Translations under genes and position numbers: made by a program | The notes under the pieces: model-generated | Seen by the model: only the letters and a program-made list of their open reading frames with translations | Told to the model about the DNA's origin: nothing | Database searches by the model: none | In this document: positions 17,722-27,595 of the stretch, piece after piece | Numbering within the stretch: position 1 is the first letter of the stretch | Layout of the letters: each line of letters opens with the position of its first letter | From: an uncultured Gemmatimonadales bacterium | Lineage (GTDB): Bacteria; Gemmatimonadota; Gemmatimonadetes; Gemmatimonadales; Gemmatimonadaceae | Assembly (NCBI GenBank): GCA_963701965.1 | Contig: OY969695.1 | Span: 672,001 to 736,000 of the forward strand | Direction: 5' to 3' | Length of the DNA: 64,000 bases

Positions 17722-19718
17722 TTGCCCGCCAATGCCACCGAGGCGGCCGCGAGATCGCGGACCGTCCCTTGGAGCTTGTGCACCTTCGCCGCATCGGCGC
17801 CGGACGCGTCACCATCTAGTTGCGTCGCCAGCAACGTGAGCGCGTCGCGGCGTCCCGCGCCCGACATCTTCTCCGCCGCGCCCAGTCCGCGCCGGATGGC
17901 GGCGATGCGATCGGCGTTCATGCTCTTGGCCCGCTCCAGCTGATCCAGGTACGCGCGCGCCAGCACGAACGTCGCCGGCCACACCAGCTTGGGCTGCCCC
18001 TGGACGTTGAGCTCACTCAGGTGCACCGTCTTCGCGGCGTCGATCTCGTTCTGGGTCAAATGCGCGTTCGGCGTCAGCTCCAGCACGTCGAGCCCGCGGC
18101 CGATCTCCGAACCGACGATGACGCCGTTGTACCAGTAGGCGGACCATTCGCCGGCGTCGCCCATCTGGGTCGAGTCGACCGGTCCGCGATCGAAGAACGC
18201 GATCTCGGTCGGATGCGCCGCATCGGTCCAGTCGAACACCGAGATCCCGCCCTGATACCACGCCTGCACCATCACATCGCGTCCGGGGATCGGAATCAGC
18301 GAGCCGTTGTGGGCGACGCAGTTTTCGAACTTGGTCTGCGGCGCGGGCAGCTTGTAGTAGCTCTGGAAATGCAATTTCCCGTCCGCGATCGTGAAGATCG
18401 CGTCGGCGCCCCAGTTGCGCGGATCCGTGGCCCGGCATTTCGGCTGGCTGCCACCGCCCCACTCGTCGGAGAACAGCAGCTTCGTGCCGTCGTTGTTGAA
18501 CGTCGCCGAGTGCCAGTAGGAGAAGTTCGAGTCAGAGACCGCATCGAGACGCGTGGGATGCGTGACGTCGTGGATATCGAGCAACATCCCGTAGCCTTCG
18601 CAGGCGCCGCCGGCGAGACCGATCTGCGGATAGACGGTGATGTCGTGGCACTGGCGATTCGTGGAGTACGTGGTCCCGGCATCGTCGCCGAACCTCTTCT
18701 TCACGATCTCCGGGAGCGCGGCACGCAGCGCGGCGCTGTCGGCGGCGGTGGGTGCGCCGGTCCCGCCGCGCGATTTGACGATGCGGGCGAGCAATGCATT
18801 GGCGTTGTCGTCACTCACGACGAAGTCATCCCCCATGAAGTGGGCGACGAACTTGCCCTGGGCCCGCTCTTCGGCGGCGGCCTGTTTGTCGGCTTCCGCT
18901 TGACCGTGGTGCGGCGCGGCGGCCAGACCGCTGAAGATGCGCGGCGTGCTGACGATCGCCGCCTGCTCCGGGTGCGCCAACGGAATCTTCACGACCTCGA
19001 TCCGGAAGAGGGCCGAGTTGGGGTCTTGGTCAGGCGCGGAGCTCACGCAGCCCGCGAGCTCGGTCGGGCTCCGCAGCGGCGCCGATCCCGAGATGTAGGC
19101 ATAGATGTTCTCGTGGTCATTGGGATCGACCACCAGCGTGTGCGTGTGCGACCCGCGGCAGGTCTGGACGTTGACCACGGCCTTGGGATGCGCGATGTCG
19201 CTGATGTCATAGACGCGGATGCCGAGGAGGCGCTCGTGGCTCACCGTGTCTTTGACGCCCCCTGCACCGCAGTCAAGTCGTCCCGCCGTCCCTTCCCCGG
19301 ACGTGATCAGCAGGTTCTTGTAGACGGAGACGTCGCTCTGCGATTGCGGACAGTAGTAGGTGGACGCGAGCGTGACGTGCTTCGGATCCGAGACGTTCCA
19401 GACCTGATAGCCGGCGTAGCTGCCTTGGATCGCGTACGGGCCGCTGAACGCGAGGTCGGAGTTGGTCTGATCGACGAACTTGGTCGGGGGCCGGTTCTCG
19501 GAGACGACCCGCATGTTCCACGTCGCTTCCGCGGCGTCGTATTTCCCGGCCCGGAGGCCAACGCGGGGATCGGGGTTTGGCGCGTCGGGCGACTGGTTGG
19601 CGTTGAGCGGCGCCGGGGATGTGGTGGCCAATGTGGTCGCCAATGTGGAGATCGAGCGGCCGCACCCGGCGGCGGTGATGGCAACGGTCAGGAGGACGAT
19701 CTTGGACGACGGGTTCAT
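17718..19718 (-). CDS. LVIVD-repeat beta-propeller lipoprotein
   Basis: NSDLAF, QSDVSVY, QTCRGSHTHT, CHDITVYP, WHSATF, DEWGGG, NCVAHNG, WYQGG; lipobox AAG-C; TGATG coupling to DUF305. Confidence 0.85.
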   Translation of the reverse strand: MNPSSKIVLLTVAITAAGCGRSISTLATTLATTSPAPLNANQSPDAPNPDPRVGLRAGKYDAAEATWNMRVVSENRPPTKFVDQTNSDLAFSGPYAIQGSYAGYQVWNVSDPKHVTLASTYYCPQSQSDVSVYKNLLITSGEGTAGRLDCGAGGVKDTVSHERLLGIRVYDISDIAHPKAVVNVQTCRGSHTHTLVVDPNDHENIYAYISGSAPLRSPTELAGCVSSAPDQDPNSALFRIEVVKIPLAHPEQAAIVSTPRIFSGLAAAPHHGQAEADKQAAAEERAQGKFVAHFMGDDFVVSDDNANALLARIVKSRGGTGAPTAADSAALRAALPEIVKKRFGDDAGTTYSTNRQCHDITVYPQIGLAGGACEGYGMLLDIHDVTHPTRLDAVSDSNFSYWHSATFNNDGTKLLFSDEWGGGSQPKCRATDPRNWGADAIFTIADGKLHFQSYYKLPAPQTKFENCVAHNGSLIPIPGRDVMVQAWYQGGISVFDWTDAAHPTEIAFFDRGPVDSTQMGDAGEWSAYWYNGVIVGSEIGRGLDVLELTPNAHLTQNEIDAAKTVHLSELNVQGQPKLVWPATFVLARAYLDQLERAKSMNADRIAAIRRGLGAAEKMSGAGRRDALTLLATQLDGDASGADAAKVHKLQGTVRDLAAASVALAGN

Positions 19719-20356
19719 CACGGGCTAGTTCCCTCGAATGTGAGGACGAAGAGCATCTTTTTCATCCGGGCGATCTCGGTGGTCTGATCGACATTCACGT
19801 CGGACGCGAACTTGAACACTTTTTCGTCTTGGCCGGCACCTGGTGTCTCGAACAGGTCGTGCACCATGGATACGGCACCGTTGTGGTGCTGTATCATGGA
19901 CGTGAGAAACAGGCGGTCGAAGTCCCGACCCCGCGCGGCGTCGAGGGCTTTCATCTGCTCTTCGGACAGCATGCCCGGCATGAGCATCGGGTGACCGTCC
20001 ATCATCATACTGGCGCCCGGCGTGGCATCGGGCACCGTCTGTCGCCGATTCCGCAGCCATTGCTGCATCGTCGCGATCTCGTCTTGCTGCGAATTGATGA
20101 TCCGGGCGCAGAGCGTTTGTACGGAGGGACCGGCGTCATGGCTGGGCGCCCAGCGGGCCATCACGATGGCCTGGGCATGATGGTGGATCATGCCCTGCAT
20201 GAATTGCACGTCGGCCGCGGTATACGGCAGCCGGGCGCTATCGACGCTGGCTTTGGCGATCGCCGCCGGGTCGGTCAGCGATTGTCCGCTGGCGGCTGAG
20301 CTGGCCACGCCCAGTAGCGTCGCCGTGGCGATGGGCCAGAACGTACGGTGTGGTAT
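19718..20356 (-). CDS. DUF305 domain protein (ferritin-like four-helix, HH motifs)
   Basis: ADVQFMQGMIHHHAQA, MPGMLS, FDRLFL..MIQHHNGA, DQTTEI; the signal peptide begins at an ATA (20356) behind GGAGGGGGG; first canonical start is GTG 20308. Confidence 0.88.
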   Translation of the reverse strand: MPHRTFWPIATATLLGVASSAASGQSLTDPAAIAKASVDSARLPYTAADVQFMQGMIHHHAQAIVMARWAPSHDAGPSVQTLCARIINSQQDEIATMQQWLRNRRQTVPDATPGASMMMDGHPMLMPGMLSEEQMKALDAARGRDFDRLFLTSMIQHHNGAVSMVHDLFETPGAGQDEKVFKFASDVNVDQTTEIARMKKMLFVLTFEGTSP

Positions 20357-20918
20357 CGCGATCCCCCCTCCCGGAATGGCTCCATCCTAGCACCCGGTAC
20401 CGACGGGAGCAACTCACCGGTTGTTAGCGGAATGTCATGTTCTTACGCATTCACCGGAGATGCCCATATTCGCCGGTATGAACGCCTTGCGCATTGGCCC
20501 GAACTTCGCAGTCAGCTTCGCTGATCGCGGCGTTTATAACGTCCAGCCGAGCGGGCGCGCAAGTCCCGGCCGCGATTCCGCATCCGGTCGGACCGTCGCG
20601 TGTCTTCGCCGCCAATGCCAGCGATGTCCGCCCGCTGGCCGAGCTTGCCGTCATGGCGTCCGGACAGCAATGAGGTCATCCTGCGCGCCTTCGTCGTCGG
20701 GAGTGACGGCTCACGCCGAGAGTTGCGGGGCACGGCCATCGGATTCGGCACGCCGTCCAGGGGACCGGACGTGCTTTTCACTGAGCGGGTGCCCCTGGAC
20801 TCCGCGCTCAGAATCCAAAGCGTCGAGGTCTTCGCTAACGCGAGAACGTTCGACCGGGAATCCGGCGAAGCGAATCGTTTGGCCTTGACCGTCCACGGAG
20901 GGGCTGGCGGGCGGCGGC

Positions 20919-21470
20919 TCAGAGTCCAGGCAGCGATTCCGTGGACACCACGTTCGCCCCGGCGGCGGCGAACGCCGCATTGTGCCGCGCGATGAGTTGG
21001 TCGGCGGTCTCTCCGTCGAACTCCCACGTGCTGTGGGCGTCGGAGACCACGGTGACGCGGAGCCCGGCGTCCATGGCGCCCTTCACCGTGTCCGCCACGC
21101 ACTGGTCGCTCTGCGCGCCGACGAGGATCACCTCGTCGGCGCCTTGACGCGCCACCCATTGGAGAAGGGCGGGATTGCTGAACGCATCGCCGGCCTGCTT
21201 CGCGAACGTGGGCTCGTCGGGCGCTTGGCCAAGCGCCGGCCACACCGGCCAACCTGGTGCGCCTGGCGCCAGCGGTTCGCCCGCGGCCGCATCGTGACGC
21301 ACGAACGCGACCTTCCGTCCGGTGCGCCTCGCCCACTCCATCACGGCTCGGACGCGCGCGACCAGACCGGCTGCATCATGAATCGGCGGCACCACGGCGC
21401 CGTCGAACATCCCGCTTTGGAGGTCGATCACGATGATCGGAGCCGTGTCCGCCGGCCGGCGCGCAGTCAT
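20919..21470 (-). CDS. Isochorismatase / cysteine hydrolase family protein
   Basis: IIVIDLQ (Asp), FAK..GDAF (Lys), GAQSDQCV (Cys), VVSDAHST; only the last 184 codons of the 762-aa ORF look coding. Confidence 0.9.
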   Translation of the reverse strand: MTARRPADTAPIIVIDLQSGMFDGAVVPPIHDAAGLVARVRAVMEWARRTGRKVAFVRHDAAAGEPLAPGAPGWPVWPALGQAPDEPTFAKQAGDAFSNPALLQWVARQGADEVILVGAQSDQCVADTVKGAMDAGLRVTVVSDAHSTWEFDGETADQLIARHNAAFAAAGANVVSTESLPGL

Positions 21471-21563
21471 GTATTGAGCATATCGCGAGGGCGGCCCCTT
21501 GCGATAGCCCCTCGGCCGCGCGCAATGTAGGTCATCGATCGACGCACGCCAGTCCCCGGGAGA

Positions 21564-24500
21564 ATGATCGTGAGCGCTGTCCAACGTCCCCGCCGCCGCG
21601 CGGCAGCTATTCGTACCCTGATCGCCGTTGTCGCCGTGTTGGCAATCCGAGGAGTCGCACGGGCACAGGTGGCGGCGCCTCCCACCCACGCCGACACGAT
21701 GCTCTTGCGCGCGCTCAAGTGGCGGGAGATCGGCCCCTATCGCGGCGGCCGCTCCGTCGCCGTGGCGGGCTCCGCGGCCCGACCCAACGAGTACTGGTTC
21801 GGCACCACCGGCGGCGGCGTGTTCAAGACGACAGACGGCGGCATCCATTGGGCCGCCGCGAGCGACAAGTATTTCGGTGGCACTATTGGGGCAATCGGTG
21901 TCAGCGAGTCCAACCCTGACGTCGTGTACGTCGGGACGGGCGAGTACGATATCCGGGGCAACGTGTCCCACGGCGACGGGGTGTACAAGACGACGGACGG
22001 GGGGAAGACCTGGGTCAGCGTCGGCCTCGCCGACACGCGCCAGATCTCGCGCGTTCGGGTCGATCCGCGCAATCCCGACATCGTCTACGTGGGCGCTCTT
22101 GGGCACGTGTGGGCGCCCAATGCCGAGCGCGGCCTCTTCAAGTCGGTCGACGGTGGCAAGCAATGGACGAAGATCCTGTTCCGCAACGACTCGACGGGCA
22201 TCTCGGACGTCGTCCTCGATCCCGACCATTCGGGCACGATCTACGCCGCGTTTTGGCAAGCGGGGCGGAAACCCTGGCTCCTGGTGAGCGGCGGCGCCGG
22301 CAGCGGCATCTTCAAGAGCAGCGACGCGGGCGCGACTTGGACGGAGCTGACGCGGAACACCGGGCTGCCGAGCGGCATCCTCGGCAACATCGGGCTGGCG
22401 GTCTCTCCGGCCAACCCGCGCCGGGTCTGGGCGCTGGTCGAAGCCGACTCCGGCGGCGTCTTCCGGTCCGACGACGGCGGCGCGACGTGGACGCGCACCA
22501 ACAGCGAGCGCAAGCTCCGGCAGCGCGCGTGGTACTATACCCGCATCTTCGCTGATCCCAAGGATGCCAACACCGTCTATGCGCTGAACACGAACTTTTA
22601 CCGGAGCACCGACGGCGGGAAGACGTTCAAGAACATCCCCGTCCCGCACGGCGACAACCACGATCTCTGGATCGCCGCGACGGACCCCGCGCGGATGATC
22701 GAGGCCAACGACGGCAGCGCCAACGTATCGGTGAATGGCGGGAAGTCGTGGTCGGAGCAAGACAACGCCTCGGGACAGTTCTATCACGTCACCACTACCA
22801 CGGATTTCCCGTACAAGGTCTGCGGCGCGCAGCAGGACCTCTCGACGCTCTGCGGACCCAGTGCCGCGGACGGCGGGATCGACATCGCGGACTGGCAGGA
22901 AGTCGGCGGTGGAGAGAGTGGCTACATCCAGGTGCGTCCGGACGAAACGAACATCGTCTACGCCGGGAGCTACTCGTATCTGTCGCGCAAAGACATGCGG
23001 ACGGGGCTCCAAAAAGAGATCACGCCCTGGCCGCAGGATCCCATGGGTCACTCGGCGGAAGATCTGCGCTATCGTTTCCAGTGGACGTTCCCGATCCTGA
23101 TCTCCCCGCACGATCCGCACACGCTGTACGTCGGCGCCAACGTCCTCTTCAAGTCGACGACCAATGGACAGAGCTGGCAGGTCATCTCCCCCGATCTCAC
23201 GCGCCACGATCCCGCGACGCTCGGGCCATCCGGTGGGCCGATCACCAAGGATCAGACATCGGTCGAGTACTATGCGACGATCTTTTCGATCGCCGAATCG
23301 CCGCGGCAGCAGGGACTGATTTGGACGGGCAGCGACGACGGGGTGATCCAGCTCACCCGGAATGGCGGCGCGACGTGGAATGCGGTGTCGCCGACGCAGT
23401 GGGGGGAGTGGATGCGCATCTCCAGCATCGAGCCTTCACACTACGATCCCGGCACCGTGTATGTGGCGGCCAATCGCTACCAGCTCGATGACATGCGGCC
23501 TTATCTCCTCAAGTCGACGGATTACGGCCATACCTGGACGCTGATCACGAACGGCATTCCGGCGACGGAGTTCACGCGTGTGGTGCGCGAGGATCCCGTC
23601 CGGCGCGGCCTCCTGTACGCGGGCACCGAGCGCGGCGTGTGGGTGAGCTTCGACGACGGTGGGCACTGGCAGTCCATGCAACGCAACCTGCCACCAGTTC
23701 CGGTCCACGATCTGGTGGTCAAGGACAACGATCTGGTCGTGGCCACGCATGGCCGCTCCTTTTGGATCCTGACCGACGTCGCGCCGCTCCGGCAGCTGTC
23801 GTCCACGATGACCGCGGCCAGCATGCACCTGTTCAAGCCATCGCCGGCCTATCGCGTGCGCTGGTCGACGCCTGGCGGCGAGTCGGGCGGTGCGCACCCC
23901 CGCGGCGCCAATCCGCCCAGCGGCGCCATGATCTACTACACGCTGGCGGACTCGACCGCCGCGGTCACCATGGAGTTCCTGGACTCCGCCGGTCATCTCG
24001 TGCGTCGTTTGAGCTCGCGGCTCGACAGCGCGGGCATGGCCGATAGTGTGGAGCACGCCGACAGTGTCCGCGAGGTCCGCCGCGATAGCTTGACCAGGGC
24101 CGGGATCCCGGCGGACAGCGTCGCGCGATTGTTGGCGGCGTCCGATACGGCACACAAGGACGGTGGTGACGACGCGGACGAGGAGTCGCATCACGTCCCG
24201 CGACCGCCCCGGGTGCCGGCCAAGGTTGGCCTCAACATGTTCGCGTGGAATATGCGCTATCCCGACGCCAGCGCGTTCGACGATCTCATCATGTGGTCGG
24301 GCAATGTGAGCGGGCCCATGGCGCCGCCGGGACGGTACACGGTGCGATTGACCGTCGGCAGTGAGACGCAATCGCAGCCGCTCATCATCAAGGCCGATCC
24401 GCGCAGCACGGCGACGCCCTCGGCGCTCGAGGCCCAGTTCGCGATGCTCCTGCGCATCCGGGATCGCTTGAGCGCGGCCAACGATGCCGTGAAGACCATC

Positions 24501-24923
24501 CGCTACGTGGCGTATCAGATCCGGGCGGACAGTGCCAATGCCCCGCCCGGCTTCATCGCCGCCACCGCGCCGTTCGTCGAGCAGCTGCACACGATCGAGG
24601 GCGCCCTGTATCAGGTCAAGAATCAGAGCTCGCAGGACCCGCTCAACTTTCCAATCAAGTTGAACAACGAGATCGCATCACTGGCCAACACCGTGGCCAG
24701 CGCCGACGGGCGTCCGACGGCGCCCGCCTACGCGGTATTCACCACGCTATCGGCGCGACTCGATACGCAACTCGGGCACCTCAAGGCGGCGCTGGCGACC
24801 GACCTGCCAAAGATCAACGCCATCCTGCGGACGGCGGGACGAGCGGAGATCGTGCCGCGCGCCGTGGAACCGCCGCCGGTCAAGAAACCGACGATCACTG
24901 CCGCGCGCACCGCCGAGGAGTAG
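21564..24923 (+). CDS. Secreted VPS10/sortilin-like BNR-repeat glycosyl hydrolase family protein
   Basis: WREIGPYRGGRS, many (S/T)xDGGxTW Asp-boxes, HGDNHDLWI, LVVATHGRSFW, PGRYTVRL. Confidence 0.92.
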   Translation: MIVSAVQRPRRRAAAIRTLIAVVAVLAIRGVARAQVAAPPTHADTMLLRALKWREIGPYRGGRSVAVAGSAARPNEYWFGTTGGGVFKTTDGGIHWAAASDKYFGGTIGAIGVSESNPDVVYVGTGEYDIRGNVSHGDGVYKTTDGGKTWVSVGLADTRQISRVRVDPRNPDIVYVGALGHVWAPNAERGLFKSVDGGKQWTKILFRNDSTGISDVVLDPDHSGTIYAAFWQAGRKPWLLVSGGAGSGIFKSSDAGATWTELTRNTGLPSGILGNIGLAVSPANPRRVWALVEADSGGVFRSDDGGATWTRTNSERKLRQRAWYYTRIFADPKDANTVYALNTNFYRSTDGGKTFKNIPVPHGDNHDLWIAATDPARMIEANDGSANVSVNGGKSWSEQDNASGQFYHVTTTTDFPYKVCGAQQDLSTLCGPSAADGGIDIADWQEVGGGESGYIQVRPDETNIVYAGSYSYLSRKDMRTGLQKEITPWPQDPMGHSAEDLRYRFQWTFPILISPHDPHTLYVGANVLFKSTTNGQSWQVISPDLTRHDPATLGPSGGPITKDQTSVEYYATIFSIAESPRQQGLIWTGSDDGVIQLTRNGGATWNAVSPTQWGEWMRISSIEPSHYDPGTVYVAANRYQLDDMRPYLLKSTDYGHTWTLITNGIPATEFTRVVREDPVRRGLLYAGTERGVWVSFDDGGHWQSMQRNLPPVPVHDLVVKDNDLVVATHGRSFWILTDVAPLRQLSSTMTAASMHLFKPSPAYRVRWSTPGGESGGAHPRGANPPSGAMIYYTLADSTAAVTMEFLDSAGHLVRRLSSRLDSAGMADSVEHADSVREVRRDSLTRAGIPADSVARLLAASDTAHKDGGDDADEESHHVPRPPRVPAKVGLNMFAWNMRYPDASAFDDLIMWSGNVSGPMAPPGRYTVRLTVGSETQSQPLIIKADPRSTATPSALEAQFAMLLRIRDRLSAANDAVKTIRYVAYQIRADSANAPPGFIAATAPFVEQLHTIEGALYQVKNQSSQDPLNFPIKLNNEIASLANTVASADGRPTAPAYAVFTTLSARLDTQLGHLKAALATDLPKINAILRTAGRAEIVPRAVEPPPVKKPTITAARTAEE

Positions 24924-24945
24924 CGCGCTGCGGTGCGGGCCGGCG

Positions 24946-25443
24946 TTACTGCTCTAACGGGCGGTTCGAGACGACGGCGTCGATGACGGCGCTGTCGACC
25001 GGCGAATCAATGTCCAAGATGCCCCAGGCCGCGTCGACCTCGGCCTTGGTCGGCGGGCGTCGAGCGGCCTGACCGCGCCGCGAGCGTGGGATCCGTTCAA
25101 TGTCGTGGACGCTCAGTCGGTCAATGACGGCGACCGACGCGGTGTCGTCGAGTCGGACCGTGGTCATGGGGACGAGCACCCACTCATCCTCTTCGCCGAC
25201 GCTGAACTCGCGGTTCACCTTGAGCTCCAGGTATTTCACGATCAGGTCGTTGGTGTCGACGACGAGGTCGTCGACCGTGCCGACCGCGCGACGATCGCGG
25301 AGCTGGACCGCCCAGCCGCGAATGTCCGGGGCGGGATCGGCGATCATGTAGCCTTTGAGCTCGCTGGCATGGGCCAGCGTCCCGGGCTCGACGCTGACGT
25401 CATCGTACTTGGGAATGAGGCGAATGCGATGCGTGCCGGCCAT
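24946..25443 (-). CDS. PRC-barrel domain protein
   Basis: PDIRGWAV...VGTVDDLVVD..VKYL, VLVP; AGGAGGG RBS before ATG 25443. Confidence 0.85.
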   Translation of the reverse strand: MAGTHRIRLIPKYDDVSVEPGTLAHASELKGYMIADPAPDIRGWAVQLRDRRAVGTVDDLVVDTNDLIVKYLELKVNREFSVGEEDEWVLVPMTTVRLDDTASVAVIDRLSVHDIERIPRSRRGQAARRPPTKAEVDAAWGILDIDSPVDSAVIDAVVSNRPLEQ

Positions 25444-25493
25444 TTGGTCCCTCCTACTCGACACTGTGGAAGTTCCGGGCCAGCTCGCGAGCC

Positions 25494-25895
25494 CTAGCGG
25501 CGTGCGGCGGCGTTGAGGGCGGCCGCGTCTCGAACGAGCTTCTTGAACGCCTCGGCGTCGATGTCCTCGCCCTCGTGGATGTCGATCGCGCGCCTGATGT
25601 TGCCTTCGAGGCTGGAGTTGAAGAGCCGCGCCGGGTCCTTGAGAGCGGCACCCTTGGCGAAGGTGAGCTTGACGATGCTCTTGTACGTCTCACCCGTGCA
25701 GATGATTCCGTGGTGCTCCCACACGGGCACGCCTCTCCACTTCCACTCCTCGACGACTGCCGGCTCCGCTTGCTTGATCAGCAAGCGGAGCCGGGCCAAC
25801 GTCGTGCCGCGCCAGTCATCGAGCTCCCGGATTCGCGCATCAATCAGCTTGGACGGGGACTCGCCTTTCGGCGCCTTTTGCTGACTCTTTTTCAT
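25494..25895 (-). CDS. DUF1801 (YdhG-like) protein
   Basis: LIDARI..L.DWRG, VVEEWKWRGVPVW, CTGETYK..VKLTFAKGA.L.DP..LFNSSLEG. Confidence 0.92.
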   Translation of the reverse strand: MKKSQQKAPKGESPSKLIDARIRELDDWRGTTLARLRLLIKQAEPAVVEEWKWRGVPVWEHHGIICTGETYKSIVKLTFAKGAALKDPARLFNSSLEGNIRRAIDIHEGEDIDAEAFKKLVRDAAALNAAARR

Positions 25896-26461
25896 GTTGC
25901 CGGAGCGTTGGGTGGCCAGCGGGGCGGCTCGACGCCAAACTGCTGGGCGTACTCGGCGTTCAACCGCTGCCAGCCGCTGAAGTGCATCGTGTTCATGCCG
26001 ACCATCCGTCCAATGGGCTCACCGTCGAGCAGCCGCTCCAGTACATCGAAGCAAATGTGCCAGCCGGCGGCGCCCATTGAGATGAACCCGCGGGCGATGT
26101 TGTGCCACAGCTTGAGGCGGGTGCGATCGCTACCCAGCGGCTCCAGCTGCCAGCGAAGATCGAATTCGCCCCAGGTGAACTCGAGCGCCTTCGGCGCATC
26201 GGCCCGCTTGATGCGCGACTCGGACACGATCGGTTTCGGCGCTCCCACGGTCGTCAGCTTCGCGGTGCCCACGGCGCCGAGGCTCCGGTCAGCGTCGAAC
26301 GGCGCCCATTCGCGCAGGTGCTCGGGTTCCGTGAGCGCCTGCCACACCCTGGTCGGCGGGTGGGCAATGTCGCGGACCATAACGAGCGTCCACTTCTCTC
26401 CGTCCTTCTCGATCTCGGCGCCAGCAGCGGCGCCCGGTGCGTATTGCTCGCGGGTCGTCAT
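25892..26461 (-). CDS. SRPBCC/AHSA1 family protein
   Basis: HPPTRVWQALTEPEHLREWAPF, LRWQL, GAAGWHICFDVL; ATGA overlaps on both sides. Confidence 0.9.
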   Translation of the reverse strand: MTTREQYAPGAAAGAEIEKDGEKWTLVMVRDIAHPPTRVWQALTEPEHLREWAPFDADRSLGAVGTAKLTTVGAPKPIVSESRIKRADAPKALEFTWGEFDLRWQLEPLGSDRTRLKLWHNIARGFISMGAAGWHICFDVLERLLDGEPIGRMVGMNTMHFSGWQRLNAEYAQQFGVEPPRWPPNAPAT

Positions 26462-26820
26462 TTCTTTTTCCTCCCTTTCTGGGGCGGCATGGGCGGTAGG
26501 GTCTCAGGGGGCATGTTCTTCATCTTCTCCAAGTGTCTTTCCAGCGCATCGACGTGCTTGGACCAGAAGCGTCGGAAAGGATCGAGCCAGGCGTCGAGCT
26601 CCATGAGCGGCTCCGGTCTCAGTCGATAGAGCCGCCGTTGGGCTTCAATGCGTGATTCCACGAACCCGGCATCCCGCAGCACGCGGAGGTGCTTGGAGAC
26701 GGACGGCTGCGGCAATCGCAGCTCGCGCTCGATCTCGCCCACGGAACGCTCGGACGCGAGCAGCAGGCTCAGGATGGCCCGTCGATTGGGCTCGGCGACA
26801 ATGGCAAACGATGATTCCAC
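26458..26820 (-). CDS. ArsR family transcriptional regulator
   Basis: FAIVAEPNRRAIL, QPSVSKHLRVLRDAGFV, QRRLYRLRPEPL..LDAWL; GTG start. Confidence 0.92.
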   Translation of the reverse strand: MESSFAIVAEPNRRAILSLLLASERSVGEIERELRLPQPSVSKHLRVLRDAGFVESRIEAQRRLYRLRPEPLMELDAWLDPFRRFWSKHVDALERHLEKMKNMPPETLPPMPPQKGRKKK

Positions 26821-26823
26821 GCC

Positions 26824-26856
26824 GGATATATAACCCTGCGTACATATTCCTGTCAA
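26824..26856 (-). promoter_or_regulatory. Sigma70-like promoter with overlapping imperfect palindrome (probable ArsR operator); probably leaderless
   Basis: Minus strand TTGACA-GGAATATGTACGCAGGGT-TATATA-TCCGGC-GTG; arms GGAATAT / ATATCC. Confidence 0.6.
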
Positions 26857-26877
26857 GCCATGTGCGACCCGATGTTT

Positions 26878-27363
26878 TTACGGCGCGAGATGCACCAGCG
26901 CTTGGCCGTGCTCGAGGTCGGCTGGGACTGACGCGTGATCGTGCACGACGAGCCACACGCCGTCGATACGCCGGAAGCACGCGGTCCAACGCAACCACAG
27001 GTCGGCGACGCGACCGCTCGCCACCCTGCCCTGCACATGGTTGAGGCTATGCACGAAGGCCAACTCGCCGAGCGCGGTGACGGCCATGTCGTGGACATCA
27101 TAGGTCATCGGACCCGTATACGTCGCGAAGGCGTCTTGCCACGCTCGCCGCTTGTTGTCGGCCCCGGCGTATCGCAGCGGCGGAACGATATCGCATGACA
27201 CGATGGTGGGCGCATAGAGGGACATCACCCGGTCGATATCCTTGGCGCGAATCGCCTGCGCCCAATCCTCGACGCGCTGCCGAACGAGCGCTTCATCCAC
27301 GGCGTCCTCCGCTAGATCGAATCGTGCTCCGTGTTGGCGTGGACGGGGATCGAGCTCGGTCAT
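26878..27363 (-). CDS. SnoaL-like / DUF4440 NTF2-fold protein
   Basis: AIRAKDIDRVMSLYA, DIVPPL.Y.G, LAFVHSL, WLRWTACFRR..G.W.VVHDHASVP; start uncertain. Confidence 0.85.
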   Translation of the reverse strand: MTELDPRPRQHGARFDLAEDAVDEALVRQRVEDWAQAIRAKDIDRVMSLYAPTIVSCDIVPPLRYAGADNKRRAWQDAFATYTGPMTYDVHDMAVTALGELAFVHSLNHVQGRVASGRVADLWLRWTACFRRIDGVWLVVHDHASVPADLEHGQALVHLAP

Positions 27364-27399
27364 CTCCGTGAATGTGCGATCCCGCAGATAGGCGCCCAC

Positions 27400-27586
27400 G
27401 CCCGACAGCCCCTCGGCGTGCGTCCGCGCATGGAGCGTGCCGTCCAGAATGCTGCGTGGTGTGATAGTGGCGCCCCCGGTTCGCCCACGCTCGCGCCAGC
27501 CTCTCGTATTCCGAGTCGGCCGTCGCAACGCCCAATGCATGGCATAGCTGCCGCCAACGACCGATCGAGGTCAGTTCCGGCGGCAT
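27400..27586 (-). pseudogene. Truncated, frameshifted HD-domain phosphohydrolase fragment (COG4339-like)
   Basis: RWRQLCHALG..EYERLARAW..RGRHYHTTQH, then an extra T (CAT-T-CTG-GAC) shifts the HLD continuation; rest of gene absent; left boundary approximate. Confidence 0.55.
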
Positions 27587-27595
27587 CGGCGCCGC

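Noticed and set aside
20424..20884. Possible additional cassette: GTTAGCG (20424), CGCTAAC (20833), short hairpin and GTTTGGC, enclosing ORF pieces 20460-/20600-
   Set aside because: The putative attC is only ~52 bp, lies inside the more plausible reading frame, and no intact gene can be defined; too weak without a covariance-model score
21471..23207. 762-aa minus-strand ORF 20919..23207 as one protein
   Set aside because: Only the last 184 codons carry isochorismatase motifs; the rest is the antisense shadow of the VPS10-like gene
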